DNA from: Amphiscolops sp. MND2022
Taxonomy: Eukaryota
Direction of reading: 5' to 3'
DNA length: 64,000 nucleotides
Assembly: GCA_964187785.1 (NCBI GenBank)
Contig: OZ076417.1
Coordinates: 49,786,001 to 49,850,000, forward strand
The notes under the pieces are model-generated. The model had not been told where the DNA came from. It worked only from the letters and a program-made list of their open reading frames with translations, and searched no databases. Positions 1 to 12,726 of this stretch are shown here, piece after piece. The position numbers were made by a program, and so were the translations under genes. Every line of letters starts with the position of its first letter. Within the stretch, counting starts at the first letter, position 1.

Positions 1-1193
1 TGAACAGAAAAGAAGGCAAGGAGGTTCAACTTCTGCTTCTTTTCTGTCGAAATATTTAAATAGCTGAGTCGGTTAATTGAGCCCTATTTGTTCAGCACAT
101 AAAAGTTAATGCATTTAAGTGAAGATATCTCGACAAGAAATCAATTTTTCATCCTTGCTAATGCTAATGCCAGTTACATAATTCGCTCTAAGTAGGAAGC
201 CAGATTTTTTTTGCTGATCACATTGTCAATATAAAGTGAAGACATTGGATGAAATAACTACTGGTTTTCATTTATACTGATGTCACGGTATTTCGTATTT
301 CGCACTAAGCCATTTCGGCATACGATGCGCGCGAGATTCTATGAAGTAGTAGTTCTTGAATGAGTCTCTTTAGCACGAGTGAATTATTTCACTTTCGAGT
401 GCCGAATGACACGAGAAACGTGAACATAATTCAAGAAGGCTTGAAAAACTCATTCAAGAACTGATTTAGTCAACGTGAACTCTTTTTCACCGCGTTACCA
501 CTTTCGCTGTTTCAACGTTTTCACATTTCAACAATGTCAATTCAACATTATTGCATGCTAGCTGATTCGAGTGTTTTCTGAATATTTTATGTTTTCCTAA
601 TTTCATTGATGCACGCAGTAACATTAATCCGTGCTTCAAAGGAAAGGTTTCACATGTTTCGTTTGTTCAACCGTTGTCACGATTTCGTTCATGCATATGG
701 CATTGAAGTTCAGCAGTTGACTAATCCGTAGTGAATGAACGCTTGATTATTTGCACACAGAAGTATTGTCTACTTCTAATTTTTTGAATGACATTTATAG
801 GTATGAAAACTTAACCCTGGATCCGAAGTAGTGAGAATGTAGACCCGGAAGTACGATTCATAGCCCAGACGTTTTGAAAATTCGAAAGGTACCTCGTACA
901 CTGTGTATGAGCGAGTTTTGTCACCAATAACTGAGAGAAGAAGGTGTTTCCATGTGAAATTTTACATTTTTCAAAACTAATTTCGGAATCTGCCGAATCT
1001 GAAGTGTAAATTGGTCAATTAGGTATGATAAAAGGACTGAAGATTTGAGGGCATCAGGTTAAAATCTGTTAAAAAATCTCCAAGACGAAAATCTCCAAGC
1101 TCAAGATCGTGAATGCATTAAGCGTGTAAAACACCTACTGTACCACTAGACACTGGTTGTTCGATGACGTTTTTTCTATTTTACTGTAAGGTG

Positions 1194-1386
1194 CAGGGGC
1201 GGATTTAGGATTTTCTCAACACGTGGGCGGATTTTCAAATGTGGGAGCGCACCGGAACGAGAGCATCAGTTGGATATTTGAAAGTAGGAAAACTCGGCTC
1301 ATTTTACCGGCTGTGACATCAATTCATTCCATACATCTCTCCAAAGGGGCAGACGGCCCCTAGAAACCCCCTTGAAACCGCCCCTG
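1194..1386. mobile_element. MITE, hAT-like
   Basis: Left end CAGGGGCGGATTTAGG; reverse complement of right end CAGGGGCGGTTTCAAG. The 8-bp flanks gtaaggtg / gtagggag match 6/8, a possible degenerate TSD. Confidence 0.55.
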
Positions 1387-3599
1387 GTAGGGAGTAACAT
1401 AAAAGACGGAGCATTAAAAAATTTTTGAGCTACAGGTTAGGTTATCTTTTTTCTAACGAAGTGTTCATGGTGCAAATGATCTATTTCACTCCCGCCGTAT
1501 GTAAAATTGACCGTTGACAAAATCAACAACTTGGATATTGCTCGGGTAATTGTCTTTTCCCAAAAAGAATGGAGTGTTTATGTAAAACTCTATTCGTTAG
1601 TTCAAAGATCGACATGACGAAAATTCATGGAAAAACTGCTGTGGATGCAAAATCCTTGCAAATTTATCGGCAAAATGTGGGTGTTTTCTATCAGAACCTC
1701 TTTTTCACGAGAGAGTACAATTCAGTTCTATCTTTTTAGCATTATGTCGAGGTTGCGTGAACAAAAAAAGCACTAACAAATTTCGAGAAGCTTTTTTTCG
1801 ATAAAAATCCATGGAAATTAATAACTTCAAAGCTGTGAATAGCGAATCTAAAGCTTTTCACGCCTCTACTGATTTTTCGCGATCTGATCTCTCAAATGTT
1901 CGAGAACCTTCGAAAAAAGTGCTGATCAAGTTTACATGATATGAAATGATGAGAAATAGCCCTTAAGTTCTATCGTCAAGATTCAGATAGTTGCAAATTA
2001 TGGCGCTTGAAAAATCAAATTAATAACTCCAAGGTAAAAAAAACGGAAGTGCAAACTCGTTTATATAATCTTTTTGATAGAAATGTGAAAATTGCAACAG
2101 TTATCTTTTCAGGAGCTTAGAAAAGTTGTTCACGTCTAGAGGATAACAAGGTAAAGCGTTACTCCGGGGATCAAAATAAGGGTAAAATTAATTGTAATTA
2201 ATAGTAATAGTAATTATTAGTAATTATTTTAGTAATATTATTTAGGTCACATTTGGAAGGGGTCACTTAAGAGGCTCGGGGGGATGTCTTAATTAGAGGC
2301 CTGAATACAGAGATTTGATAAAAACAACAAAAAACGTTACCTTTTTTGAAAAAAAACTTGAAATAAGTATATGATTGACTGAAATGTGTTTAAGGGATAA
2401 ACGAGACGAGCATTTTAGGTCATACTCGTTTTTGTACACTTTTATTGTTTAGATCGAAAATTATTTTTAGTAATTTTAATTAGTTCGAAGCAATTCAAGA
2501 AGTACTTTGCCGGAAAAATGTTTGAACTTTGAAAATCTCTGATTATCAATCAAAACTACCGATGTGCACATAATTTCATGAAAGAAGATATTGCCTCCGC
2601 TTTATTCGCTTGTCAAATTATTTTCAAGATATCACAGCCATGAATGTCCGTATTTACAGTGTCATTTTCAAATACCATTTTTGAAAGCACACAGTTTTTC
2701 CAACAAATCCGTTCAATTTATCATTCGTTCGTTCACGAATGTTTTCACGCCTCAATATACGTTAATTTTTCATCGAAGTGTGAGCCTTGAAAAAACATTC
2801 TTTTCTTAAAAGTTGTTTTCCTGTAACAAGTTCATGTACGAGCAATAACATAGATGTATATTAATCAAAACTGGCAGTTATCGTTTTTTTGGGGGGCGTA
2901 TGTTCCAGTATGAGGAGGTCTCTAATGGGGTTGCATGGACGTACTTCCAGATTTGTTTATTTGAGCTTTAAAATTCGTTCATTGTATCGCATTTTTTTTT
3001 CAAAGAATTGCCGCTCTTCGATTAAAATAGCTTTTTCGATTGACTTTCAAAAAAACTAAGAGCCGCGCTTAATTAAAAGCCGCACTTTTGAACGGTGCAG
3101 CTAAAATTTGAAGAAAAGTGATATTTATCAATCAACATGCTTGAAAAATAAAGCCATATGGAAAGATTAGTTCAAACGCTCAATAGCGTTTCAAGGAAAA
3201 ACTACTTTTTTTCTGCTGTAGTTAAGAAAACATAAACAAGCACTCATGAAAATAGACGAAAGAATTTGTTTCCGTGATCGAAAACATGATTTTCATTCAA
3301 CACAGAAATGTGCCATGATTGTCCAAAATGTTCTGTTTGAATCAACACATGCTGAAAATGTTCAATGTGGTTAAGAATGAGGGACGCCACAACAAAATTT
3401 ATATAATTTTATTTTCCATCCCAAAAATCGATTAAAAAAGAACTAGTCTGTTATATAGCATGGAACTACTGTTTTTGAGGTGCGTTCGAAAAAACAACAA
3501 AAGTGTCATTCAAAAAGTCCGTCCGGTCGGAATTGATAAAAAGTAGACGCCCAAAAGCGCCAGAATATTAAACGTCCCCACAATCCTTTTATCATCTTT

Positions 3600-3800
3600 T
3601 AAGGAAAAAAATACAGAACGAAAAAGATCAAGAAAAACGGTCATCTTAATTTCTTTTTGAAGTGCTTATGTTTTTCTTTACTTTCGTGAAGTGTCGCCAA
3701 GATCGCTAATTACTTTTCAGTGCTTTCCAAAACATAAAACGTATTCCATTCATATATGATGATCGTTTTTCTTGATCTTTTTCATTCGTATTTTTCCTAA
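3600..3800. repeat. Inverted-repeat element, MITE-like (~45-bp arms)
   Basis: aggaaaaaaatacagaacgaaaaagatcaagaaaaacggtcatc is the imperfect reverse complement of gatgatcgtttttcttgatctttttcattcgtatttttcct. No clear TSD. Confidence 0.5.
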
Positions 3801-6342
3801 AAAGGTGAGCATACATAAAATTCGGCGGTTAAATTAGCAATTCAAACCAGAAAAAATGCGCAAATCTTTACAAGTTTATGGAGCTTTTACAACGACGTTT
3901 TTGATCCAAAATCGCAAAATTCATAAACGTTTCAAAACGTTTCATTGAAAGATTGCAAAGATTGAAATTTTGAAACTTCAATAGCTTTCGAAAGTTAAAA
4001 GTTGGAAGTTTAATTTCATTGGATATTGAGAGCAAAGCATAACAAGTAATGAATCACTTTATATGTAAAATATCCAATAAGGATGAGAAAGGATGAGCAT
4101 ATTAGCTCCTCGAGTTGTCACCCAACCCTGGAGAGTCAACTAAAAGGCACGCTTTTTCAAGACATTGATGCATAGAACACGGAGACACTTAGAAAACAAG
4201 TTTGAAAAGTTGATAATTATCAATAATGTAGAGTCTTTCTAGTTTTTTTATATAGGTATGTATTTGTGATTTGGTCATCAAATGCATGTCACAGGGTAAA
4301 AGATTGAATTGACTTGAGCAATTGTAACTTTTGCAAAAATCATTTTGAAGGCATTTGTTAAAATCAACGTACGTCCTCTTGCTAGTGGTAATGAATAATT
4401 CCTCTGAAGCCTTGTGCTTATGCTCCTATTAACAATGGTTTCAAGTTGGGGCAGAAAAACTGTTGAGGATTTTTGTGAAACTGTCTGAACAGTTCTTTGA
4501 TTAGTTCAACTAAACAGAGTTCAGAAACAGAAAGAAATTGTTTTTGCTGCAAAATATTCACTAAAGAATCGTACTTTTGAAAAAAACCTTTCAGTCAATT
4601 CAAAAAGCAGGATTTCGTTATCAAAAGATAAAAAAACAATACCCCGTGCAAAATAACTTGAAACTCTTGCCAAGAATCTTTCATATTTCTGAAACCTTTG
4701 GTAAGAATCGTAGCAAGATTCTTACCAAGAGCGCCAAGAATATGTACAAGCAAGATCTCGCCAAGAACTTGAAGGAAAATGCCTAAATTTTTCGACCGAA
4801 AAAAATGCTCAAAAAGAAAATCAAGGAAGTATCAAGAATCTTGCCAAGATATCCAGGAAAACCACAACTTCGACATTTAACTGAGACATGAGCTTGCTGA
4901 TTTTGTATGAAATACAAGGAAAAAAATCGTGATTTTGACAGAGTTGTTTTGGTTTCTAGAGCCGACAGCAAGCTGTCACTAACTAAACGGTGCATCTCTC
5001 GAGCTCTTTGATCCGTAAATTTCTATTGCCGGTATGAAAAAACCTAAATTTTCAAGAAGCTACTTTTTTGGGGAAAAGCATTATTAGGCAATGTGATAGA
5101 CGCTATAAATTCGCCGACAGCATTATTATTTCAGCACAAGACTACTTTCTCAAACAGGAAAACACTAGAATATTTATTTTCCGATGCCTGAAAAAATTGA
5201 ACATTGAAAAATTCCGGTGCATTTCAAAGAAACATTTTTAAAATATTCATCGAGTTACCTTGACAATTTATAGCTTTTCATATACGTGGGTGGTACTCTA
5301 TTGTTTTGCCTTACGTCAAAAATCTTTTCATTCTTCTGTAGCTTGCTTTTGTTTTTTTTTAAAAAGACACAGGTTCAATGTCAAATATATACTTTGTTGA
5401 GTAGATATATAATTTTTTGAGAAGGTGTAAAGAATTTCAAATGACCCTTTCTGAACATTTGATCTTAAAAAGCAAAATAAAACAGAAAACTGCAAGTCTA
5501 AAAGGTCGTTTGGTATAATCCTATAAAATTTTGTCCCAAAAATGGCGACAGGTAGGAATTTCGTCGGAAAAATGATCAAAGGTTTGTTTGAAAAAAGACG
5601 TCAATCGGATGAAAAATGGAAAATTTCCACGGAAACAATAACTTTTTGTTTTGAGCACCTGCTCTGAATTTTCACGAAGATCACTCGAAGCATTTTTCCA
5701 ACAAGAATTTTTCTTTTCAGTTCTGCGTTTCTAATTTACTAATTTCTTTCATCTAATTTTTTTGTTCGGGCTTGAAAAGAACAAATTTCGCAAGCACTGA
5801 TGTTTTAATTACTTAGAACCCTGAAATCAAATCGGAGACCTAACATGCCGAAATACTTGCATTTCTTTGATTAATTTCGCCTCAAAATAGTTTCATCAGC
5901 TAAATGGTCCCATAATTCAATGAAACAAAAGCTATCTTGAATCAAAGAATGCTTTCATTTCAATTCTGCACTTTTCATCTTCTCAAGTTTCAATGCAATC
6001 GTAGATATTAGAGTTATTTTGCATTATCAAATAGAACCAGAGACAATGAGTCTACTCAGGAAAAGAATGTTTAAAGAGTGAGTGTTGCTCATTTCGACAA
6101 TTGAAGCAATAGGAAGGTATCCTAAAATTAGACTATTTCAACAAATTTCAAAAAAGTGAGAACTGAAGAAATAGAGCAAAACTCTAACTGAAATATGTCG
6201 CTTTCAGGGGTTCTTTAGAAACGTATAAGTTTTGTTTCTGAGGAAAATAATTTTTTTCTGAATCGCATTTTTACTTACAATTTTGATACTACTGCTAATA
6301 AGTCAAAGTGGAGGCAGCGAACAAACAATTCAATGATTTCAT

Positions 6343-8841
6343 TATGTTACATGTAATTTCGTCCTATGCAATTTCAACCTATGCATTTTCAACCGCTGTC
6401 ATTTCACCTAATACATTTTAAACCGCTTGCAATTTCAACCGCTTGCAATTTTAACCGCTTGCAGTTTCAACCTATTTCAATTAGTTCGAGGTCGTTGATT
6501 TGTTTGCGAACGATTTAAAACTAATTGAACATAATCAAAGCGCGGCAAAAAAAAGCACACGAGCTGTCAAGACGCATAATATTAAACGCAATTAAAACTT
6601 TCGTTGCACTAAAGTTTGCAATGTACGAAAAGGACAAAATGATGTAATCGTATGACGCATTTTGAAAACGCATTCAACATGCTATTCGTGATCAACACCT
6701 TATCATCGATGACGTCCATTTGAAAGTGTGAATGTGAAGTGACTGAACATTTGTGACAAGAAAGTTTTTGGTTAAACGCTATTAAAAATCCTCATTAAAA
6801 AAATTCAGTTACAATTAACAATTTAGACAAGTGCTACTCCTCTAAAAGGTTGGTCTGATTCCTCTGTCACGCTCTTGTGGTTTCACTGGCATGGTTCTAA
6901 TGTGGCTACATCAAAGAGCAGTTATGGGGAGCGCTCCAACCTCACCTTCGTTACCCGGGGGAGGACGCAACCGGGTGCCAGTTGATTGTAACTGATGAAA
7001 AATTATTCCCCTTGTAAGAAATGAATTTATCAACACTCGAATTTCAAATGAACACTAACAAAATCGAATCATATAAAAATAACCAATCATTGCAGCAAAA
7101 CAATTAGTTCATTGTTTTCGTCTAAAGTTGGCGACTGCTCGCAAATGAGGCAAGACGTTCTCGAAATTGAAGCCACTTTGTATGACTTGCATCTGTTTTT
7201 TTTCACAACGGGTGCGCTTGGAACAAACATTTCCAGTCGTCTTTCGGATGTATTTAATTTTTGCATTTTTGAATCTTTCTCCAAACTCCGTAGAAGCAAC
7301 CATTCGTTTGTTTGGGAGCCAGTGAAATAAACTTGAAGTCCATAATGCCGGCCTAATGCGCTATTAATTGTCCTTGCCACTCCCTCGTCTCGAACTGGTT
7401 CCATATTTGTTTTGGGAAAGGTGTTTCATGACTGTGGAGCCCTTTATATAAGTATTTTCGAAATAGAGTGCAAGTTCGCCCACTTTTTCGCTGATGCTGT
7501 AATCAAACGTCTCCTTACTATGACTTCAGCGATTTCTTCAACTACCAATTCAAAAGATGCTTTTACATGACAGGGCGGGACATGGGCAAGCGCGGGAAGC
7601 ATTTTAACTGCCAAGTTGAAATCCGGCAGCTTTTCGTAAAAAAACTTTCAGAACAAGTTCGTTCATTTTCCGGTTAAATGATTGCCTCAAATGAAAGTAG
7701 CAGCATGAAATGTTCGCATTTGGAAATTTTTTGCACAATGCGTTCAATGCTGATTTTTCAAAATCTGCTAGATTGCGATCTGGTTTTGCTTGCGTTCAAT
7801 TCTTCGCAGAGCAATTCAAGCATTCGGGAAAATGTTTTTTTCTGTTTTGTTGGGTAGTAGCAAATAAACACAAGGGGGTGCAAAACCTTTCAATTCAATG
7901 TGGATTGTGTATATTTGGTTAAAAAAAGGTCCGATGATAAATTAAAGTTCCATCAATCAGCCATGTTCTTGAAAAATTACGAAACTTTTCAATTTTTTGT
8001 CGCCAAACATTAAAATTCGTTCGCTGTCATCTTTTCCGCTGTTTTTCAGAAAAAAGGTTTTGAAATCTTCGGGAATGTCAAAATGGCAATCAATCGGGGT
8101 TGGGCGTCAATTCTATTCTCTCTTTGTCAATTTCGGCAACCTTATCTGATCAAATTTTCTTTTTTTTTCGGCAATGAAAACTGGTCTGCATAATCGTCGG
8201 AGATTACCGAATTTTCACTTGCTATGGCCTACGTTGGTGTCAATGACTCTGACTTCTGTTTAATTTGGTTAACCACTTCTTTCGCTTTACACTCGGAAGG
8301 GTCGCTTTCAGGAGTGTGACTGTCTTTCAAATAATGACCACGTTCTGGTTTGTCTTCGAAACGGCTGGGCATTTAATTGAAGTACTTCGTGCATCGTCAA
8401 TGAATGCAACTCGAAGTGACTTGTTTCTGACTGTAACAGTAATCGTTATGACTGCGACATTGCCCCCTTCATTTGATTTATGATTTGAAACGTTTTGAGT
8501 ATTGAGATTCAAAATTCTTGGACCTGCTGTGTGGACTGGTTACATTTCAGTTGACTTCGCTATTTATTCTAATAAAACGATGCAAGTAATTATCACGTTT
8601 CATAGCGTGGAAGATTATTGTTAGTTGCTGGACTCTTTTACTAGCTTTACTAATTACAATAAAGGCTTTAATAATTAGCACTGTTTGAGAGCAATTAGGT
8701 GGAAGTGTGATAGGTTGAAATTGCAAAAGGTTGAAAGTGTGAACGGATGAAATTGCAAGCGGTTGTAATTGTGAACGGTTGAATTGGCAGCAGTTGAAAT
8801 GGCATAGGTTGAAATTGCATTCGACGAAATGTTCTGACACC
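6343..8841 (-). mobile_element. Decayed Mutator-like (MULE) transposon with foldback-type TIRs
   Basis: About 135-bp inverted arms (6343-6480 and 8705-8841) built of 15-bp tandem subrepeats (atttcaaccgcttgc). They enclose MULE transposase remnants. TSD not recognisable. Confidence 0.8.
7090..8510 (-). pseudogene. MULE transposase pseudogene
   Basis: Minus-strand fragments across frameshifts: KDDSERILMFG, TWLIDGT, QIYTIHIELKGFAPPCVYLLLPNKTEK, ADFEKSALNALCKKFPNANISCCYFHLRQSFNRKM, MLPALAHVPP, YFENTYIKG. These match motifs typical of MULE transposases (DGT, CxFH). Confidence 0.85.
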
Positions 8842-9059
8842 ATTTAATTAGTAGTTTATATAAACAGCAACCCCTAAAGCGGTCAAACGTTTGCGTTTGC
8901 TGAGCTTTTTCCTATTTTCAACTTTTTTAATATTTTGACGAAATATTCAATCATTTTGTTTTTCAAATCCACCGAAGAGAATAATTATTAACACGTCAGA
9001 ATTTTATGGAGTTTCACTTTATCAAAAAACATAAATGAAGATATACGTTTCAATATTTG

Positions 9060-9490
9060 AACGAGTCGGGACCGGCCCAAGTCGGCGCCATATTTAAGGC
9101 TCAAAAATAGCAAAAGGACTTCAAAATGTCAAAGTATTGGTGAATCGAGGACCTTTTTATTTTAAAAAATGAAAAAAGTCTCACAATGCCAAAAATACTG
9201 AAAGAAGGGACCCTTTGGGATTTTTCAACATCAATTCTGTCGCAAAACTTCAAAAAAATGAAGTGGGGAACCTTTAAGAAAAAATTTCCCGAAAAAAAGT
9301 CTCGCAATGCCGAAAAAACTCAAAGGGGGAACCTTTGGCCTCGTCCGGTATTGTATGTTACGCGGGAAACCTTGTTGGTTCAGTTCCTTGGGCTAACGGG
9401 TAGAATTTGGCCTCTTGTTAAAACTTTGTAGACTATTTGGGGTAGAACTATTTTGGTTACTTCAGGTGTATCGAATTTTTTTTTTAAAAA
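9060..9490 (-). mobile_element. Helentron-like non-autonomous repeat (HINE), 5'-truncated copy
   Basis: Family 3' end in reverse orientation (gggaccggcccaagtcggcgccata...aggctcaaaaatagcaaaaggacttcaaa) followed by the family body. Confidence 0.65.
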
Positions 9491-11365
9491 AACACTCACG
9501 AAAAGCCATGATTATACTTGACTCTTTTCTCTAGAAAAGTGCCGAATAAAAAAAGACTTTTCTAGCAAACTAGCGTTATTAGATTTCGGGATCAGCGAAA
9601 AAAGTTAGGAATGCCAAAACCCTGCTTGTTACAGATTTCAGAGAATGAAAAGTTTCTCAACACGAAATTGTCTCCTCAACGTATGTACTGAAGTTTGAAA
9701 ACTCAGAAAAAATGGGTTTGAAGAAATTTTGGGAGGAAATAATTTTTTAATGGAAACTAAACAATGATGTTTCTTATTCAGTTTCGAGAAATTAGAAGCT
9801 GGTCTTTAGCATTTTGGTTTGGATTTTTTTCTCAACTGTTTTTCGAGTGACACGGCCAATCTTTTTCAGACATTTCATATCTTTGGAAGCTTTGTGATTT
9901 CACGCTTTTTTGGCTTTACTTTCATTATTCCAGACGTGACTGATTTGGGTCGCCGTGTAAAAATGCCAATGGTCCAGCCTTTCAAAATGAATACCATTAT
10001 CATTCATATTTTGGGTATGAAAAGCCTGGATTTTCGGGTTTACGCCCTGTGCTGTAATTAAATCAGGGCATCAAATGGAATAATTTTGGAAGGTAATAAA
10101 AATTCCCAAGGTTGAAAAACGCAGTGTCGGCCTACCCAGGCATTGTCTTTTTGATGATATGACGCGTCGTTTGAAAACTTTATCTGTGGCCCTTGGGAAC
10201 GTGAACAACTTCCTTAATTTACAGGTGTTGCACTTTTACTTCAATCCCCTGATTAAGGTCCTCATTGGGGCAGATTAGTGGTGGGTTAGTGATAACAGGT
10301 AGCCGGGTAGCCACAAAGATGTCGGGTGAAAACTTGAAAGGAGAACCCAACAGATTTCGCGTCCCAACAGACACCTTCTAAGTTGCTTCCCATCTTCAGA
10401 AGAGGGTGGGTGGGGGGGGGCTGAGAGTAAGAAATGGGTGAAAGGGTGGGAAAAGCTACCGAAATGGTGATCAGCTAGTGAACTTAATTTAAAAACATGG
10501 TAATTTAAAACAGAAACGTGATATAAAAATATTTTGAAAATCCTTGATAATATATTTCATGGCTCCTTGATACATTAACTATAATGGATAACACTAAGAA
10601 GGCTTTAAAAAGAATTTCGAGAATCACTGTATTGCTCCCGATTACCCTTTACAACGTAAGTGTCCGTAAGTTTGAATTTTACCGTTGAAAAAAGTCGAAT
10701 AAATAAGACGATCAAAAATCCCATATAAAATTCCAGTTGAGCATTAAAAAATTTCTTCATGGCTGGAGATTGTTTGTGAATATATAGTCCAAACAATTTA
10801 AATTTGAGCAGAAAAGTCCAAAATGCTGGGAAAATACAGCTTCCGATAGTTTCGAAACATTCTTGGAAAATTCCAAAAAAAAACAGATTTTCCAAAAATT
10901 TTCGAGGACTAACTTTTGAAGCTTGAAGAGAAATTTAGACGCTATTCTCTAAAGTTATCTAAAATTATACCTTATGTTGTCGCAACGTCGAGATATGCGA
11001 CTTGAAAGTTGGAACTTGATATGTGCATACTTGCGATATGTCTTTTCTTCGGTTCTAAATTACCTGCATATGAAGAATTTCAACCTTTTTAAATGTAAAT
11101 TTGTAAATTATGTCGACAAAAGTTTTTTTGAGAATTATAACCGAACTGCAGCTTGTAGCGTACTGACACCCAAACTGTCAACACGAAATCGACTCCCAAT
11201 TGAGAAAGCCACCAAACTTGCTTTCTATCTTCGCTCACTGCAGAAAACTCAGTGCTTCGGAAGTTCAGTGTTAGAAGTATTAGTGATGGATCTAGAGTTT
11301 TGAACGTTTTAAACAAAAAATTTTAATGTTTTCAACGTTTCAAACACATTTTTTTCAGAATCTTG

Positions 11366-11716
11366 TTTTTTTCAGTCGGCGCTTTTCGTAGAAAAACGCA
11401 GACTATAGTAGTGACTTTTTTTAAGATCAACGAAGTGACAGATTTCATAAGCTTTATAAGCTGACTTGAACTGACGCTAAATGCCACACTACTTCTACTG
11501 GCACTTGAGATAGAGGTTAAGTAGGCTTTTTTGAGGTCCCCTCTTACATTTTTCAGCGCTATGCGACTTACCGGACCAAAAAAATTTTGAAAAACAATTT
11601 TTTTCAATTTTTTCCTCATGCGGGTACTGTAGAAGAGAATTCTTGATATTTTGAAGTCCTTTTGCTATTTTTGAGCCTTGGATATGGCGCCGACTTGGGC
11701 CGTTCCCGGCTTGTTT
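11366..11716 (+). mobile_element. Helentron-like non-autonomous repeat (HINE), both ends present
   Basis: T-run, then 5' subTIR AGTCGGCGC with a partial inverted repeat (gcgcttttcgtagaaaaacgc). 3' subTIR GCGCCGACT, then terminal hairpin GCCG-TTCC-CGGC and ttgtttt. No TSD. This is DINE-1/HINE architecture. Confidence 0.7.
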
Positions 11717-11753
11717 TATTCGAACGCTGAACTCAAACGTTGCTATTACTAAC

Positions 11754-11932
11754 AGATGCTTCGGGGGTGGAGCCGAGAGGCGAGTGTTCCCAGATGATGT
11801 TGCCGACTTGGCCCTCGTTGGCTCTGAGGTTGTAGGAGCAGATGAGTTGGATGGTACTGCCCTCCTTGGCTATCTTCTTGCCGGGGGTGGAGACTTCGAT
11901 CGCCCATGTCCCACACAGCAGCAACTGCAGAG
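11754..11932 (-). CDS. Internal exon: end of a signal peptide plus N-terminal half of an immunoglobulin-like domain
   Basis: Encodes (A)LQLLLCGTWAIEVSTPGKKIAKEGSTIQLICSYNLRANEGQVGNIIWEHSPLGSTPEAS, with B-strand Cys (IQLICSY) and C-strand Trp (IIWE) spacing typical of Ig folds. Acceptor tcttgttccag| (phase 1) and donor |gttagt (phase 0). GC-rich relative to flanks. Confidence 0.7.
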
Positions 11933-12363
11933 CTGGAACAAGAGACGACACAAATTGAAAAAAACCTCTAAAAATAGGTAAACTTGGAGGGAAGGATATA
12001 AAGGAAGGGTTAAATTTGGAGAGAAAATGTTAGAGAAAGATTTAGTAAAATTACGAAAGATTTTTAAATAAATCTTTATTCTGTTTCTAGTCGGTGTTCC
12101 CGAAAAAAGCACAACTCCTACAGAGGCTATTTTGTTCGTCAGTTCAACGCAAGCGGTTCACTTTTTGTGCGGACTGTGCACTTTTGCCATAAGTACTTGA
12201 TCTGGAACACATCGAAAGCGTCTAACATGAAAAACGAAACCATTCCAGAGCAAAAGGGTCCGTCCCCCTTTCTACTTTTTGTTACTATGAGACTGTCGCC
12301 ACCTTGTTGACTTTGTGAGACTTTTTCGAAACTTTTTTAATATCACCAGAGGGTCCCCCTTCA

Positions 12364-12726
12364 TTTTTATTCGGCGCTTTTCGTAGAAAAACGCAGACTA
12401 TAGTAGTGACTTTTCTTTTTTTTCAAGACCAACGAAGTGACAGATTTTAAAAGCTTTATAAGCTGACTTGAACTAACACTAAATGCCACACTACTTCTAC
12501 TGGCACTCGAGATAGAGGTTAATTAGGATTTTTTGAGGTCCCCTTTTACATTTTTCGGCACTATGCGACTTCCCATGGACCAAAAAAAAATTTGAAAAAA
12601 GTCGATTTTTTTAAAAATTTTTTCCTCATGCGGGTACTGTAGAAGAGAATACTTGACACTTTGAAGTCCTTTTGCTAATTTTGAGCCGTAGATATGGCGC
12701 CGACTTGGGCCCTTCCCGGCTTGTTT
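12364..12726 (+). mobile_element. Helentron-like repeat (HINE) copy
   Basis: Highly similar to 11366-11716, with the same termini. An extra family fragment lies at ~12270-12360. Confidence 0.7.

Noticed and set aside
9800-10060. Possible coding remnant (80-aa plus ORF; K-rich minus frame)
   Set aside because: It has stops in the minus frame, no splice support and no recognisable motif.
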